This document shows positions 9,886 to 19,013 of a stretch of 64,000 nt of DNA, one piece after another. The DNA is taken from positions 4,549 to 68,548 of the forward strand of contig JAHITE010000081.1 of NCBI GenBank assembly GCA_018817585.1. The letters are read 5' to 3'. The stretch's first letter is position 1; every line of letters starts with the position of its first letter. The notes below the pieces were generated by a model, which searched no databases, had not been told where the DNA came from, and worked only from the letters and a program-made list of their open reading frames with translations. Source of the DNA: Candidatus Omnitrophota bacterium. GTDB lineage: Bacteria > Omnitrophota > Gorgyraeia > B26-G9. A program made the translations under genes and the position numbers.

Positions 9886-11404
9886 TGTCTTTATCTATTT
9901 TTTGTTTTTTATTGAAATTAAAAAAACCGACAATACCTTTTGCGATAAGCCGGAAACTCATTATCGGATGAATGAAAAATAATTTAAGATATTTTTTAAA
10001 AAACCGAAAAGGATGCCTTAGAAAAACTCTTGTTAAATAAGCATTAAAGTTCTTCTGAATAAAACTTTCAAGTTCATGGCTGGCAAATTCCTCTGTCTGA
10101 AAATAAGAACAATCATAATCCACATCATCAGCCAAAAAATCTTTTTCAATATAACCTTTTCCCTTGCACAGCTCAAACAAATCTGAACCAGGCGTTGGAT
10201 TAGCAATAAAGAAAAAAGCTCCGTCCAAATCCATTTCCTTAGCAAACTCAAAGCTTTTCAACATCTGCTGTTTTGTTTCTCCGGGAAAACCTGAAATAAA
10301 AAAAGCCATTGTCTGAATCTTAAGCTGTTTCATTTTTTTTACCAGCTGTTTTCCCTTATTCAAATCCAATGGTTTGCGAATAATATTTTTCAAAACATCC
10401 TGATCGCCGCTTTCAAAAGCAATGGTCAGTTCATAACAGCCGCTTTGACGCATCAGCTCAAGCATCGGCTCATCCAAAGTCCAAATCGCAATCCCATTAG
10501 GCGTATTCCAATGGATATTAAGTTTGCGGTCAATCAAGCCCTGAAATATGGCTTTAGCTCTTTGTTTATCAAATGTCAGATTGTCATCCGTAAACTGAAT
10601 TTCTTTTATCCCGTATTTTTTAACCAGCATTTCAATTTCATTTAAAACATTCTCCGCGGAACGCGCGCGATATTGATTACCCCAATAATTGCGTGAAGCG
10701 CAGAAAACACATTGGGCGGGACAGCCCCGACTGGTGACCACCGGAGCATTCTTGCGGCTTTTATAAGTAAAGCTGAACGGCACTGCTTTTTTTTCATAAA
10801 ATTTCATGGGCAACAGATCATAAGCCGGAAACGGAAGGCTGTCTAAATCAGCAATAAAATTCTGTTTAGGATTAATAATGATTTTATTATCTTTACGAAA
10901 AGCCAGGCCGTCAATCTGGGTATAATCTTTTCCCTGGTCAAGGGTTTTTAGTAGTTTAGAAAAACTCTCTTCTCCCTCTCCCAGAATTATAAAATCAATT
11001 AAAGCCGCGGATTCCAAGGTATGCTTTGCTAAAAAAGTCGGATGAGAACCGCCAACAACAGTGATTATCTGAGGATTCAATTTCTTAATCTTTTCTGCTA
11101 GTTTAATAACTTCATTAACCTGGCGGGAAAATAAACAAGTTATGCCAACAACCTGAGGCTTAAACTGACTTATCATGGCCACTATTTCTTCCTGTTTATA
11201 GCCGTAATAATCCCACTTACTATTTTTCGGTTTAAATGATTGGAACTTTGCCCGTCCGTCAATTATTTTAACATCAAAATCTTTTCTGATCACAGAAGCC
11301 AGATAAGCCAAACCTAAAGGCACAGAACAATGCTGAAAATTTGCAGCCAGAACTTTACCGGGCGGAGAAACAAGCATTACTTTTTTGATTTTCCTATTTA
11401 ACAT
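9878..11404 (-). CDS. Cobalamin-binding radical SAM protein (paralogue of 8395-9885)
   Basis: PLGLAYLAS, GGSHPT, TSRGCPAQCVFC, WNTPNGIA shared with the neighbour. Start uncertain (11404 ATG or 11419). Confidence 0.93.
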   Translation of the reverse strand: MLNRKIKKVMLVSPPGKVLAANFQHCSVPLGLAYLASVIRKDFDVKIIDGRAKFQSFKPKNSKWDYYGYKQEEIVAMISQFKPQVVGITCLFSRQVNEVIKLAEKIKKLNPQIITVVGGSHPTFLAKHTLESAALIDFIILGEGEESFSKLLKTLDQGKDYTQIDGLAFRKDNKIIINPKQNFIADLDSLPFPAYDLLPMKFYEKKAVPFSFTYKSRKNAPVVTSRGCPAQCVFCASRNYWGNQYRARSAENVLNEIEMLVKKYGIKEIQFTDDNLTFDKQRAKAIFQGLIDRKLNIHWNTPNGIAIWTLDEPMLELMRQSGCYELTIAFESGDQDVLKNIIRKPLDLNKGKQLVKKMKQLKIQTMAFFISGFPGETKQQMLKSFEFAKEMDLDGAFFFIANPTPGSDLFELCKGKGYIEKDFLADDVDYDCSYFQTEEFASHELESFIQKNFNAYLTRVFLRHPFRFFKKYLKLFFIHPIMSFRLIAKGIVGFFNFNKKQKIDKDND

Positions 11405-11517
11405 TATGAATAACCACAATTTTCAATATTTTAGATTAATGTTCAAGATTATAATTACCAATATGATATATGTTTACAATTCTAACACAATCTTTTTGAT
11501 TACACAAACTGGTTTAT

Positions 11518-11546
11518 TTGACTTTATTGATTAGTTATGCTAAAGT
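11518..11546 (+). promoter_or_regulatory. sigma70 promoter candidate
   Basis: TTGACT-17 nt-TAAAGT with extended TG, 12 nt before ATG 11559. Confidence 0.55.
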
Positions 11547-11558
11547 ACGATTACAAAA

Positions 11559-12974
11559 ATGAATATCGCGCTAATCCGTCCCCCAAAAATTACCGGAGCA
11601 TTTGAAAAAATCCTGATTCAGGAACCGATAAATCTTGTTTATTTAGCTGCTTTTTTAAATGCCAACGGATTTAATACTGTGATTTGGGATTTTGAAGTTG
11701 AGCAATTTTCCCAGCAAATTATAGCGCGAAGAATTGCTGACAATAATATTTCAATTGCCGGCATTACTTCCATGACTCCAACAATCAATAACGCGCATAA
11801 TATCGCTAATTTAATTAAACTCATAAATCCCGCGATTGTAACTATTGCCGGCGGAGCACATGTTTCCGCAATCCCCGAGCAGAGTTTAAACGAATTTCCG
11901 GGATTTGATTATCTGGTTTTGCGCGAAGGTGAAATCGCTTTGCTCAAACTCTGCCAAAGCATCAGAGATAAAAAGTCAGCTGATAAAATCAGCGGCCTGG
12001 CTTTTTTAAAGAACAAACAAGCGGTGATAAATCATCCAGCGGAAGAAATTGAGGATTTAGACAGCCTGCCCTTTCCAGACCGGAAGCTTTTAAACCGCGA
12101 TTTATACAAAAACATGTACGCCGCCGGAATTAACATCAGCAATAAACGCGCGACTGTTGTCTTTACTTCCCGCGGCTGTTCTCAAGACTGCACATTCTGT
12201 GCTGTTAAAAAAACCAGCGGCCCTAAAGTCAGATTCCGCAGCGCGGAAAATGTTATTGCTGAATTAAAGCAATGCAAAGACATGGGCTATAATCATATTA
12301 CTTTTGAAGATACCAATTTAACCTTAAATCAGCAAAGATTTATTCAAATCTGCAATGGCTTAAAAATATTGGGATTGACTTGGGATTGTCAGACAAAAGT
12401 CAACATGGTCAACAAACAGCTAATATCTCTGATGAAAGACTGCGGCTGTTTAAAAATTGCTTACGGTGTTGAATCCGGCAGTCCTAAGATCTTAAAACTG
12501 ATGAAGAAAAACATTACGCTTGAGCAGATAAAACAAGCATTTGAACTTACGCATCAAGCCGGAATTGTTACCTGTGCTTTCTTTATCTTAGGTTCGCATC
12601 CTGAAGAAACAGCCCAAGACATTAAACTGACTGAGCAAATAATAAAAAAAATCAAACCTGATGTATTTCAGCTAGGAATTATCTGTCCCTACCCCGGCAC
12701 AGAAATTTATGATATTATGCAGGAATACGGTTTAATCAAAGACATTGACTGGAATAAATTTAATTTCATGCATTCTGTTCCGCCCTGGGGCACAAAACAT
12801 TTAACAGCCCAACAATTAGTCAAATTTCAAAAACAAATCTATACCCGTTATTTATTCAGCTGGCATTTTATCGGTTTTTTCTGCAGAAAGATGCTCAATC
12901 CCAAACAACTGCCGCAACTATGCAAGCTCTCATTTTACATGCTAAAGTATTTGCTTTTTGAGAAAAGGAATTAA
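11559..12974 (+). CDS. Cobalamin-binding radical SAM protein
   Basis: EPINLVYLAA, GGAHVS, TSRGCSQDCTFC, GVESGS, PYPGT. Confidence 0.93.
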   Translation: MNIALIRPPKITGAFEKILIQEPINLVYLAAFLNANGFNTVIWDFEVEQFSQQIIARRIADNNISIAGITSMTPTINNAHNIANLIKLINPAIVTIAGGAHVSAIPEQSLNEFPGFDYLVLREGEIALLKLCQSIRDKKSADKISGLAFLKNKQAVINHPAEEIEDLDSLPFPDRKLLNRDLYKNMYAAGINISNKRATVVFTSRGCSQDCTFCAVKKTSGPKVRFRSAENVIAELKQCKDMGYNHITFEDTNLTLNQQRFIQICNGLKILGLTWDCQTKVNMVNKQLISLMKDCGCLKIAYGVESGSPKILKLMKKNITLEQIKQAFELTHQAGIVTCAFFILGSHPEETAQDIKLTEQIIKKIKPDVFQLGIICPYPGTEIYDIMQEYGLIKDIDWNKFNFMHSVPPWGTKHLTAQQLVKFQKQIYTRYLFSWHFIGFFCRKMLNPKQLPQLCKLSFYMLKYLLFEKRN

Positions 12975-12986
12975 TTCTTAGCAAAG

Positions 12987-13175
12987 GACACAAGGTCACC
13001 AGGATCACAATGTCACCAGGTTAAAATCTTTAATAGAATTCCTAGTGAAATCCGCTTTTTTTAAGTTCTAAAATATTCTCGAATTTTTATCATAAGTTTT
13101 GGCAACTTGTAACTTTTCTTGCTTTATGCTTTTTCCTTGTGACCTTGTGTGCTTGTGACCTGGTATCCTTGTGTC
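12987..13175. repeat. Inverted repeat built from ~8-nt tandem units, between convergent genes
   Basis: Left arm GACACAAG-GTCACCAG-GATCACAAT-GTCACCAG; right arm CTTGTGAC-CTTGTGTG-CTTGTGAC-CTGGTATC-CTTGTGTC. Confidence 0.75.
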
Positions 13176-13180
13176 TGTTT

Positions 13181-13915
13181 TTACCTTCTTAACTTTTCTT
13201 TTACAATTAATTTCAAATATCCAAAAATTGTATCAAACACCTTCATCTTGCTTTTGCCAGTGCGCAAATCAAACCGAAGAGTAAGCGGCACTTCGCTGAT
13301 ATTAGGATTAAATCTGCGCAGTTTGATCAGAATTTCCGCCATGCAGGCAAAACCACCCTGCTCAATAAAACTATCCTGATAAACCTCCTCTGCTTTTTGC
13401 AGCAGCCCTATTTTATAAGCTCGAAAAAAAGTCGAGTAATCTCTTGCTCCTTGGATTCCAAAACAAACTTTCAAGAACCAGTTAATAGCATCGCTCATAA
13501 TCAGCCGGATAAACGGCAGATTCACGGTTGTGCTCTGGGCATGGTATCTTGAAGCAATCGCCAGATCGCAGCCGGAATTTATAGCATCAATCATCCGCGG
13601 TAAAACATTTGCCGGGTGAGTCTGATCACAATCCATAGAGATAAGAATATCCTCAGGCTGAGCTTTAGCGCAAAGAGTTTTAATCCCCTGCCGAAATACC
13701 TGCCCTACTCCCTGATTCTGGACAAAAGAAATTAATTCCAGAGGAAATTTTTGGATATTCGCTGAGACAATCTCAGCGGTATTATCAGTGCTGCCGTCAT
13801 TAACCACCAATATCCTGAATTGTTTTTTTGCCTGAGTTAAAACAGCGGCTATATTGCTCACTATTTGTTCAATGTTTTTCGCTTCATTAAATGCCGGCAG
13901 CAGAATGTAAACCAT
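13181..13915 (-). CDS. GT2 polyprenol-phosphate glycosyltransferase (DPM1/ArnC-like)
   Basis: LPAFNEA, VNDGSTDNT, MDCDQTH (DxD), ASRY, R..GKSKM. Start ATG at 13915. Confidence 0.9.
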   Translation of the reverse strand: MVYILLPAFNEAKNIEQIVSNIAAVLTQAKKQFRILVVNDGSTDNTAEIVSANIQKFPLELISFVQNQGVGQVFRQGIKTLCAKAQPEDILISMDCDQTHPANVLPRMIDAINSGCDLAIASRYHAQSTTVNLPFIRLIMSDAINWFLKVCFGIQGARDYSTFFRAYKIGLLQKAEEVYQDSFIEQGGFACMAEILIKLRRFNPNISEVPLTLRFDLRTGKSKMKVFDTIFGYLKLIVKEKLRR

Positions 13916-14813
13916 TATTTCCCTTTCCAATTAAGATTAAATCCTCGGTTGTCATTACCTGTGAATGAACAGCGAGTTTTTTAACTATCTGCTCACAAAT
14001 CAGCTGTCTTTTGGTTAAGGACTTAAACCCTGGTAATCTTACGGAATAAGCCTCCAGGTCCAGCAGATCAATAGCGTGAAAAACATAATGCAGGGTTAAT
14101 TTATTTTTCAAGCAAAAATTAAACCCTGAATCAAACAAAAATTTACCTAGCGTAAAAACATAGGTACTATGCATCGGAAAACGCAAAACATTGCTGACAC
14201 TGACCGGAACCTCTTTAATTTTCATTGCTCCGGGGTTTGCCATATTCTGTTTATCCGGATGATAAATTCCGCGGGGAGCCTTGCCCCAGCGAATATTGCC
14301 GCAGTTGATCCACAATAGCTTTAATTTTAACAGAGAATGCGCTGTACTCATCAGCCAGGGAAAAACCGCGGAAGGCATAAGCGAAGCATCATACTTATAA
14401 CCCAGGTCTTCCAGTAAACATAATACCTGTTCATTAATGCAGAACATCGGCGCGCGAAAACCAACCGGATCTTTAGACATAAGCGCTTTAAGCAAATTAT
14501 GCGCTAAAACAATTTCCTGTTTTATTTCAGTCAAACTCAGGTCAGCAAAATCCGGCAGATGATTCATACTGTGATTGGCGATTTCATGCCCTTGATCGAT
14601 TATGGTTTTAATATACTTGATTTGTTTATGATTCTCCGCGTCTTTGCCAATAACAAAAAACGTGGCTTTTACTTTGTACTTGGCAAACAGATCGAGAAAA
14701 GACTGCAGACTTTGTGAATATACCGGGTCAACCGGATATTCAGACATTTGTTTATACCGATAGCGATCATATGTCCATAAACTGTCTAAATCGACTTGGA
14801 TTGTTGAAAGCAT
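13887..14813 (-). CDS. Polysaccharide deacetylase (CE4/NodB-like) family protein
   Basis: VDLD, KATFFVIG, HEIANHSMNH, GFRAP, YDAS, VFHAID. Confidence 0.88.
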   Translation of the reverse strand: MLSTIQVDLDSLWTYDRYRYKQMSEYPVDPVYSQSLQSFLDLFAKYKVKATFFVIGKDAENHKQIKYIKTIIDQGHEIANHSMNHLPDFADLSLTEIKQEIVLAHNLLKALMSKDPVGFRAPMFCINEQVLCLLEDLGYKYDASLMPSAVFPWLMSTAHSLLKLKLLWINCGNIRWGKAPRGIYHPDKQNMANPGAMKIKEVPVSVSNVLRFPMHSTYVFTLGKFLFDSGFNFCLKNKLTLHYVFHAIDLLDLEAYSVRLPGFKSLTKRQLICEQIVKKLAVHSQVMTTEDLILIGKGNNGLHSAAGI

Positions 14814-14825
14814 AATTCTCTCAGA

Positions 14826-16070
14826 TTAAACTTTAAATTCTTTTTTAATTCTCTGTCTGATTATCGCGCTTTTTATCAGCGAAGTATTGATAGTTTTTAA
14901 AAGCTGCGGCAAATACATTAAATCCGGAAGATATAAGCCATTAAACGATTCTACCGCGCCGTAAAGTTTAGCCACAAATTTCTGGGTGAATACCGGTTCA
15001 ACATTGAGATCATAATGAAAAGTTTTTTGCCTGATCCATTGCTGATTAAATTCCGGATTTATCTTTTTTAAAGAATCACAGCAGGCATTAAACATCTCCT
15101 GCTCGAGCTGCGGCGTAACAGATTGATTGCGCAGATAAAAAGTAAAATATGTCCGATTTTCATTGTTCAGCGGCTGAGTATTAACCACTACATGCCTTTT
15201 TTCCCGCTGATCATCAACCAGACAAATCCAGCATTTTTGATTAAGCGGTTTATTCAGATCCAATACCCAAGACCCGACACTAAGGTATTCCGACACATAA
15301 AATCCCGGATTACCGACAAACAAAGCCGCGGCATCAGTCAAAGAAATACAGGCAATAACCAGATCATATTCTTCCGCTCCGGTATCTAAAATCACCTGCC
15401 ATTTATTTTGCCCATCGCGCGTTATTTTTTTAACTTTTGAATTCAGCCAGATATGAGTTTTATTTTTATGCAGCCTGTCTCGTAAAGCGATTAGCAGAGT
15501 ATGCATTCCACCCTGAAGCGTGCCAATAATATTATTTTTTCTTTCTTTAAGCCGCGCCTTTAAATACATGGCGCTGATATCGTCTGTTTGCTGAGTTTTA
15601 AAATTAAGCAAAGGCTTAAATAAAAGATTAAACGCGGCAATCCCGCATTGTTCAATAATCCACTCTTCAGCATTTTTATCATTTAGTTCAATATTCATTT
15701 TTGAAAAAAGATTTTCTGCTAAAAATTTTCCGGTTTTAAGTTTGTCGATAATGCTGAGACTCTTGATCGCGAATAAATCACAGGGATTGCTTAAATCCTG
15801 GAGCTGGTCATTAATAAACAAACATTGCCCTGATTTCGCCCAAGAAACCTTTCGATTTATTCCCAGCTCTGAAAACAACTCCATCAATTCTTTATCCGAC
15901 TTGGAAAAGAAATGATTGTATTTATCAATATATTTGCCGTCTGATTCAAACCCGGAGCATAATCCGCCGATCTGCTTGGTTTGCTCATAAACAGTTACTT
16001 GATGTTTTGCTGATAATTTATACGCGTTTACTAGACCGCTGATTCCGGCTCCGATTATAGCTATCTTCAC
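14826..16070 (-). CDS. FAD-dependent oxidoreductase (protoporphyrinogen/amine oxidase-like)
   Basis: IIGAGISGL Rossmann motif, E...IGG, DKYNHFF, GGM. GTG start. Confidence 0.85.
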   Translation of the reverse strand: MKIAIIGAGISGLVNAYKLSAKHQVTVYEQTKQIGGLCSGFESDGKYIDKYNHFFSKSDKELMELFSELGINRKVSWAKSGQCLFINDQLQDLSNPCDLFAIKSLSIIDKLKTGKFLAENLFSKMNIELNDKNAEEWIIEQCGIAAFNLLFKPLLNFKTQQTDDISAMYLKARLKERKNNIIGTLQGGMHTLLIALRDRLHKNKTHIWLNSKVKKITRDGQNKWQVILDTGAEEYDLVIACISLTDAAALFVGNPGFYVSEYLSVGSWVLDLNKPLNQKCWICLVDDQREKRHVVVNTQPLNNENRTYFTFYLRNQSVTPQLEQEMFNACCDSLKKINPEFNQQWIRQKTFHYDLNVEPVFTQKFVAKLYGAVESFNGLYLPDLMYLPQLLKTINTSLIKSAIIRQRIKKEFKV

Positions 16071-16072
16071 AA

Positions 16073-17491
16073 TTACTTAGACTCCTTTAAGATTTTAGAC
16101 ACTTTCAGGCTATTAGCCCCTTTTATTACTGAATACCCCATTTTACAAATTGCTTTTATCTTTTCAAGACTATTTAATTTCTTAATCTGCTGCCAAATAT
16201 ACTTGGGCCGCAAATAAAACTTTTTCAAGGCATAATCACGCAGCTGCCAGATTTCTTGTCTGCTCAAGATTTGATTATCAATAACCGGATACATTGTCCG
16301 GTCAAAGTTTTTAATACTAGAGATTAAAGGATCCATTGCTTCTAATTGTTTACGCAATAGCGATCCATAATCCGGAACATACACTGAAAATGCCGCATAA
16401 TCACAATTAAGCTCACAGGCAAAATTAATACTCTTTTTAATGCTTTGGGCATCTTCACCAGGCAAACCAATAATAAAGAAACCAATTGTTTCCAGTGCCA
16501 ACTGTTTACAAATCAAAAAACAGCGCCTAACCTGCTGATTACTGATCGGTTTAGCCATTTTTTTCAGCAATTGCTCATTCTGGGTCTCAATTCCAAACTG
16601 AATTGTATGCGCTCCGGCTTTTTTCATTAAGATTGCCGTATCAATATCAAAACAATCTACTCGGGTCAAGCAATCCCAGCTCAGGCGAAGATCAGCATCA
16701 AGCATTGCCTGACAAAGCTTTCGCGCGTGCTCTTGATCAGCAGTAAAGGTGAAATCCGGAAAATGCACCTCAGATATACCCAAAGCTTTGATTGCTTTTA
16801 GCTCAAGAATAATATTATCAATATTTCTTAATTTAAAGCCAATCGAACCGCTGGAACAATAAGTACAACCATATTTACAGCCATAAGAAATCAAACAACA
16901 GGTAAAAGGCCTTTTTCTGGCTTGCGGCAGATAATATTTATCCAACGCGAAAAGTTCATGTCTGGGTACAGGATAAGAAAAACCAGTGTTTAGTTCAAGA
17001 ACATCGCATTGCTCAATAATCTGCTTATTTGCTTTAGCGCAAAGACCTTGATACGGCCCTGGCTTTTCCCGTAAATAATCAACAATCCCGAATTTTATAT
17101 AATCAATAATTACAGCATCAATAAAATCATGCTGTTTTAGATATTTTTTCGAATTATCCCGAGTAAAACCGGCATTTATAACAATAATTGTTTTACTCCG
17201 CGCTTTGATTGCTTTAAACAGCGCGAAATCCTCATCCATGCTCGCGCTGGAACTAAGGCTGATCAAAGCATAATAAGAACTGCTGATGATTTTTTCAATT
17301 AGTGTTTTTTCATCTACGGCCTCAGCAATAGCATCACATACCTCAAGCTCAAAATGCTCAGATAAAATACCACTTAAAACCAGTAAATCCACAGCCGGCC
17401 AATAATAATCCGCTTTTGTTGCCGAGCTGCAATACTGATCCCGAAGAAATTTTCGGCTGCCTGGAGGATTTAACAGCAATATTTTTTTCAT
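16073..17491 (-). CDS. Cobalamin-binding-type radical SAM protein (HpnJ-like N-terminus)
   Basis: LLNPPG..FLRDQYCS...KADYYWP.VDL, SYGCKYGCTYC, GIET, GLPGED. Start ATG at 17491. Confidence 0.88.
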   Translation of the reverse strand: MKKILLLNPPGSRKFLRDQYCSSATKADYYWPAVDLLVLSGILSEHFELEVCDAIAEAVDEKTLIEKIISSSYYALISLSSSASMDEDFALFKAIKARSKTIIVINAGFTRDNSKKYLKQHDFIDAVIIDYIKFGIVDYLREKPGPYQGLCAKANKQIIEQCDVLELNTGFSYPVPRHELFALDKYYLPQARKRPFTCCLISYGCKYGCTYCSSGSIGFKLRNIDNIILELKAIKALGISEVHFPDFTFTADQEHARKLCQAMLDADLRLSWDCLTRVDCFDIDTAILMKKAGAHTIQFGIETQNEQLLKKMAKPISNQQVRRCFLICKQLALETIGFFIIGLPGEDAQSIKKSINFACELNCDYAAFSVYVPDYGSLLRKQLEAMDPLISSIKNFDRTMYPVIDNQILSRQEIWQLRDYALKKFYLRPKYIWQQIKKLNSLEKIKAICKMGYSVIKGANSLKVSKILKESK

Positions 17492-17549
17492 TTTGGCATA
17501 GTATAGCATATTTTCACTCTTGATTCAAATTTTGTTTGCAAAACGTAAC

Positions 17550-17578
17550 TTGATTAAAACAATAAGTTAATATATAAT
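17550..17578 (+). promoter_or_regulatory. sigma70 promoter of rpoN
   Basis: TTGATT-17 nt-TATAAT, followed by GGAGGA SD and ATG at 17595. Confidence 0.7.
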
Positions 17579-17594
17579 TAGCTTGGAGGAACTA

Positions 17595-19013
17595 ATGCCC
17601 TTACAACAAAAACTGTTTCAAAAACAAGTTCAAAAAATGATCATGTCTGCAAAAATGCAGCAGTCCATGCATATTTTACAGTTAAATGTTGTTGAGATTG
17701 ATCAATTAATCGCTGAGGAAATGGCTGTAAATCCTGTATTGGAAGACACATCCCTTCAGGAATCCAGCGATGTAAACAAAGAAGTCACCGAAAGCTCTAC
17801 CGAAGATCTGCCCAAAATCCGCGATCAGGAAAATATCAGCCTGGAACCAGATTGGCTGGACAATGATAATGTCTGGTTTTCTGACTTTTTTGACCGGGGA
17901 AAAATTTCCCAGTCAATTGAAAAACATAATTTCCAGGAAACCATGATTACCAGTACTTCTTCTTTGCAGGATGAATTAATGCAGCAGTTTCGGATCATGG
18001 CGGAAAACGATGAGGATTTATTAATCGCGGAGCACATAATCGGTAATATCGCGGAAAACGGATATCTCGTAACCAGTGTTGAGGAAATCAGCCAGGCAAA
18101 TAGTTTTTCCTTAGATAAAGTTAATCAAGTGCTATCAATTATTCAGGGCCTGGAACCCGCTGGGATTGGAGCCAGAGATTTAAGAGAATGTCTGCTTATT
18201 CAGCTCAAACGCCAGGGTAAGGAAAATTCTATTGAATCCATGATCGTGGAAAAATACCTCAAGGAACTAGCAGCAAAAAAATACAGTTTGATCAGCAGTG
18301 AATTAAAATTACCCCTGCCTCAGGTCAAAAAATACGCGCTAAGAATTAGCGCGCTTGATCCCAAGCCTTGCCGCGGCTTTGCCGCTGAGGCCTTGAGCAT
18401 TGTCCCGGATGTTATTCTGGAAAAAGCAGCTGATAGATACGAAGTGATTATTAATTCTAAAAACTTACCCAAGCTTTCGATTAGTCAGCTTTATAAAAAA
18501 ATGCTCAAAGAGAAAAAATGTGAAAAAGAAGCTTTAGCCTTTATCCGGGAAAAACTGCAGAACGCGCAGAATCTGATCAATGGTTTAAGCCAAAGAGAAC
18601 AAACGCTTGAGCGTGTATCAAAATGCATTATTGAATATCAGCAGGAATTTATTGAAAAAGGAGTGTCAAATCTAAAGCCTCTGACGCTGAAAGAAGTCGC
18701 GGAAAAACTGGAAGTCCATCCTTCGACAATCAGCAGAACCGTGGCTAATAAATACATGCAGACTCCTTATGGAACGTTTGCTTTAAAAAAATTCTTTTCC
18801 CAGGCAATCAGCACTGAACAAGGTTCGCTTTCCAATCAAAACATCAAAGCCGCGATTGATGAATTAGTAAAAACCGAACCCGCGGGTAAGCCATTAAGCG
18901 ATCAGGAAATTGTAAGTTTACTCGCGGAAAAAGGAATGCCGATTTCCCGCAGAACCGTAACCAAATACCGCAATGCTTTAAAAATTCCCGCGGCGCATTT
19001 ACGGCGAAAATAA
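17595..19013 (+). CDS. rpoN: RNA polymerase sigma-54 factor
   Basis: Q-rich region I, EPAGIGARDLRECLLIQL, HPSTISR, RpoN box SRRTVTKYR. Confidence 0.97.
   Translation: MPLQQKLFQKQVQKMIMSAKMQQSMHILQLNVVEIDQLIAEEMAVNPVLEDTSLQESSDVNKEVTESSTEDLPKIRDQENISLEPDWLDNDNVWFSDFFDRGKISQSIEKHNFQETMITSTSSLQDELMQQFRIMAENDEDLLIAEHIIGNIAENGYLVTSVEEISQANSFSLDKVNQVLSIIQGLEPAGIGARDLRECLLIQLKRQGKENSIESMIVEKYLKELAAKKYSLISSELKLPLPQVKKYALRISALDPKPCRGFAAEALSIVPDVILEKAADRYEVIINSKNLPKLSISQLYKKMLKEKKCEKEALAFIREKLQNAQNLINGLSQREQTLERVSKCIIEYQQEFIEKGVSNLKPLTLKEVAEKLEVHPSTISRTVANKYMQTPYGTFALKKFFSQAISTEQGSLSNQNIKAAIDELVKTEPAGKPLSDQEIVSLLAEKGMPISRRTVTKYRNALKIPAAHLRRK

Noticed and set aside
12987-13175. CRISPR array
   Set aside because: The units are 8 nt, degenerate and inverted, with no unique spacers and no cas genes. 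No CRISPR array was seen anywhere in the window.
6233-17491. RiPP biosynthetic cluster
   Set aside because: There is no precursor-like peptide, RRE/PqqD or SPASM domain, peptidase or peptide exporter; the partner enzymes are glyco-enzymes.
17595-19013. sigma54-dependent (-24/-12) promoters for nearby pilus genes
   Set aside because: I did not find a convincing TGGCAC-N5-TTGC in the intergenic regions I read; those genes have sigma70-type candidates instead.
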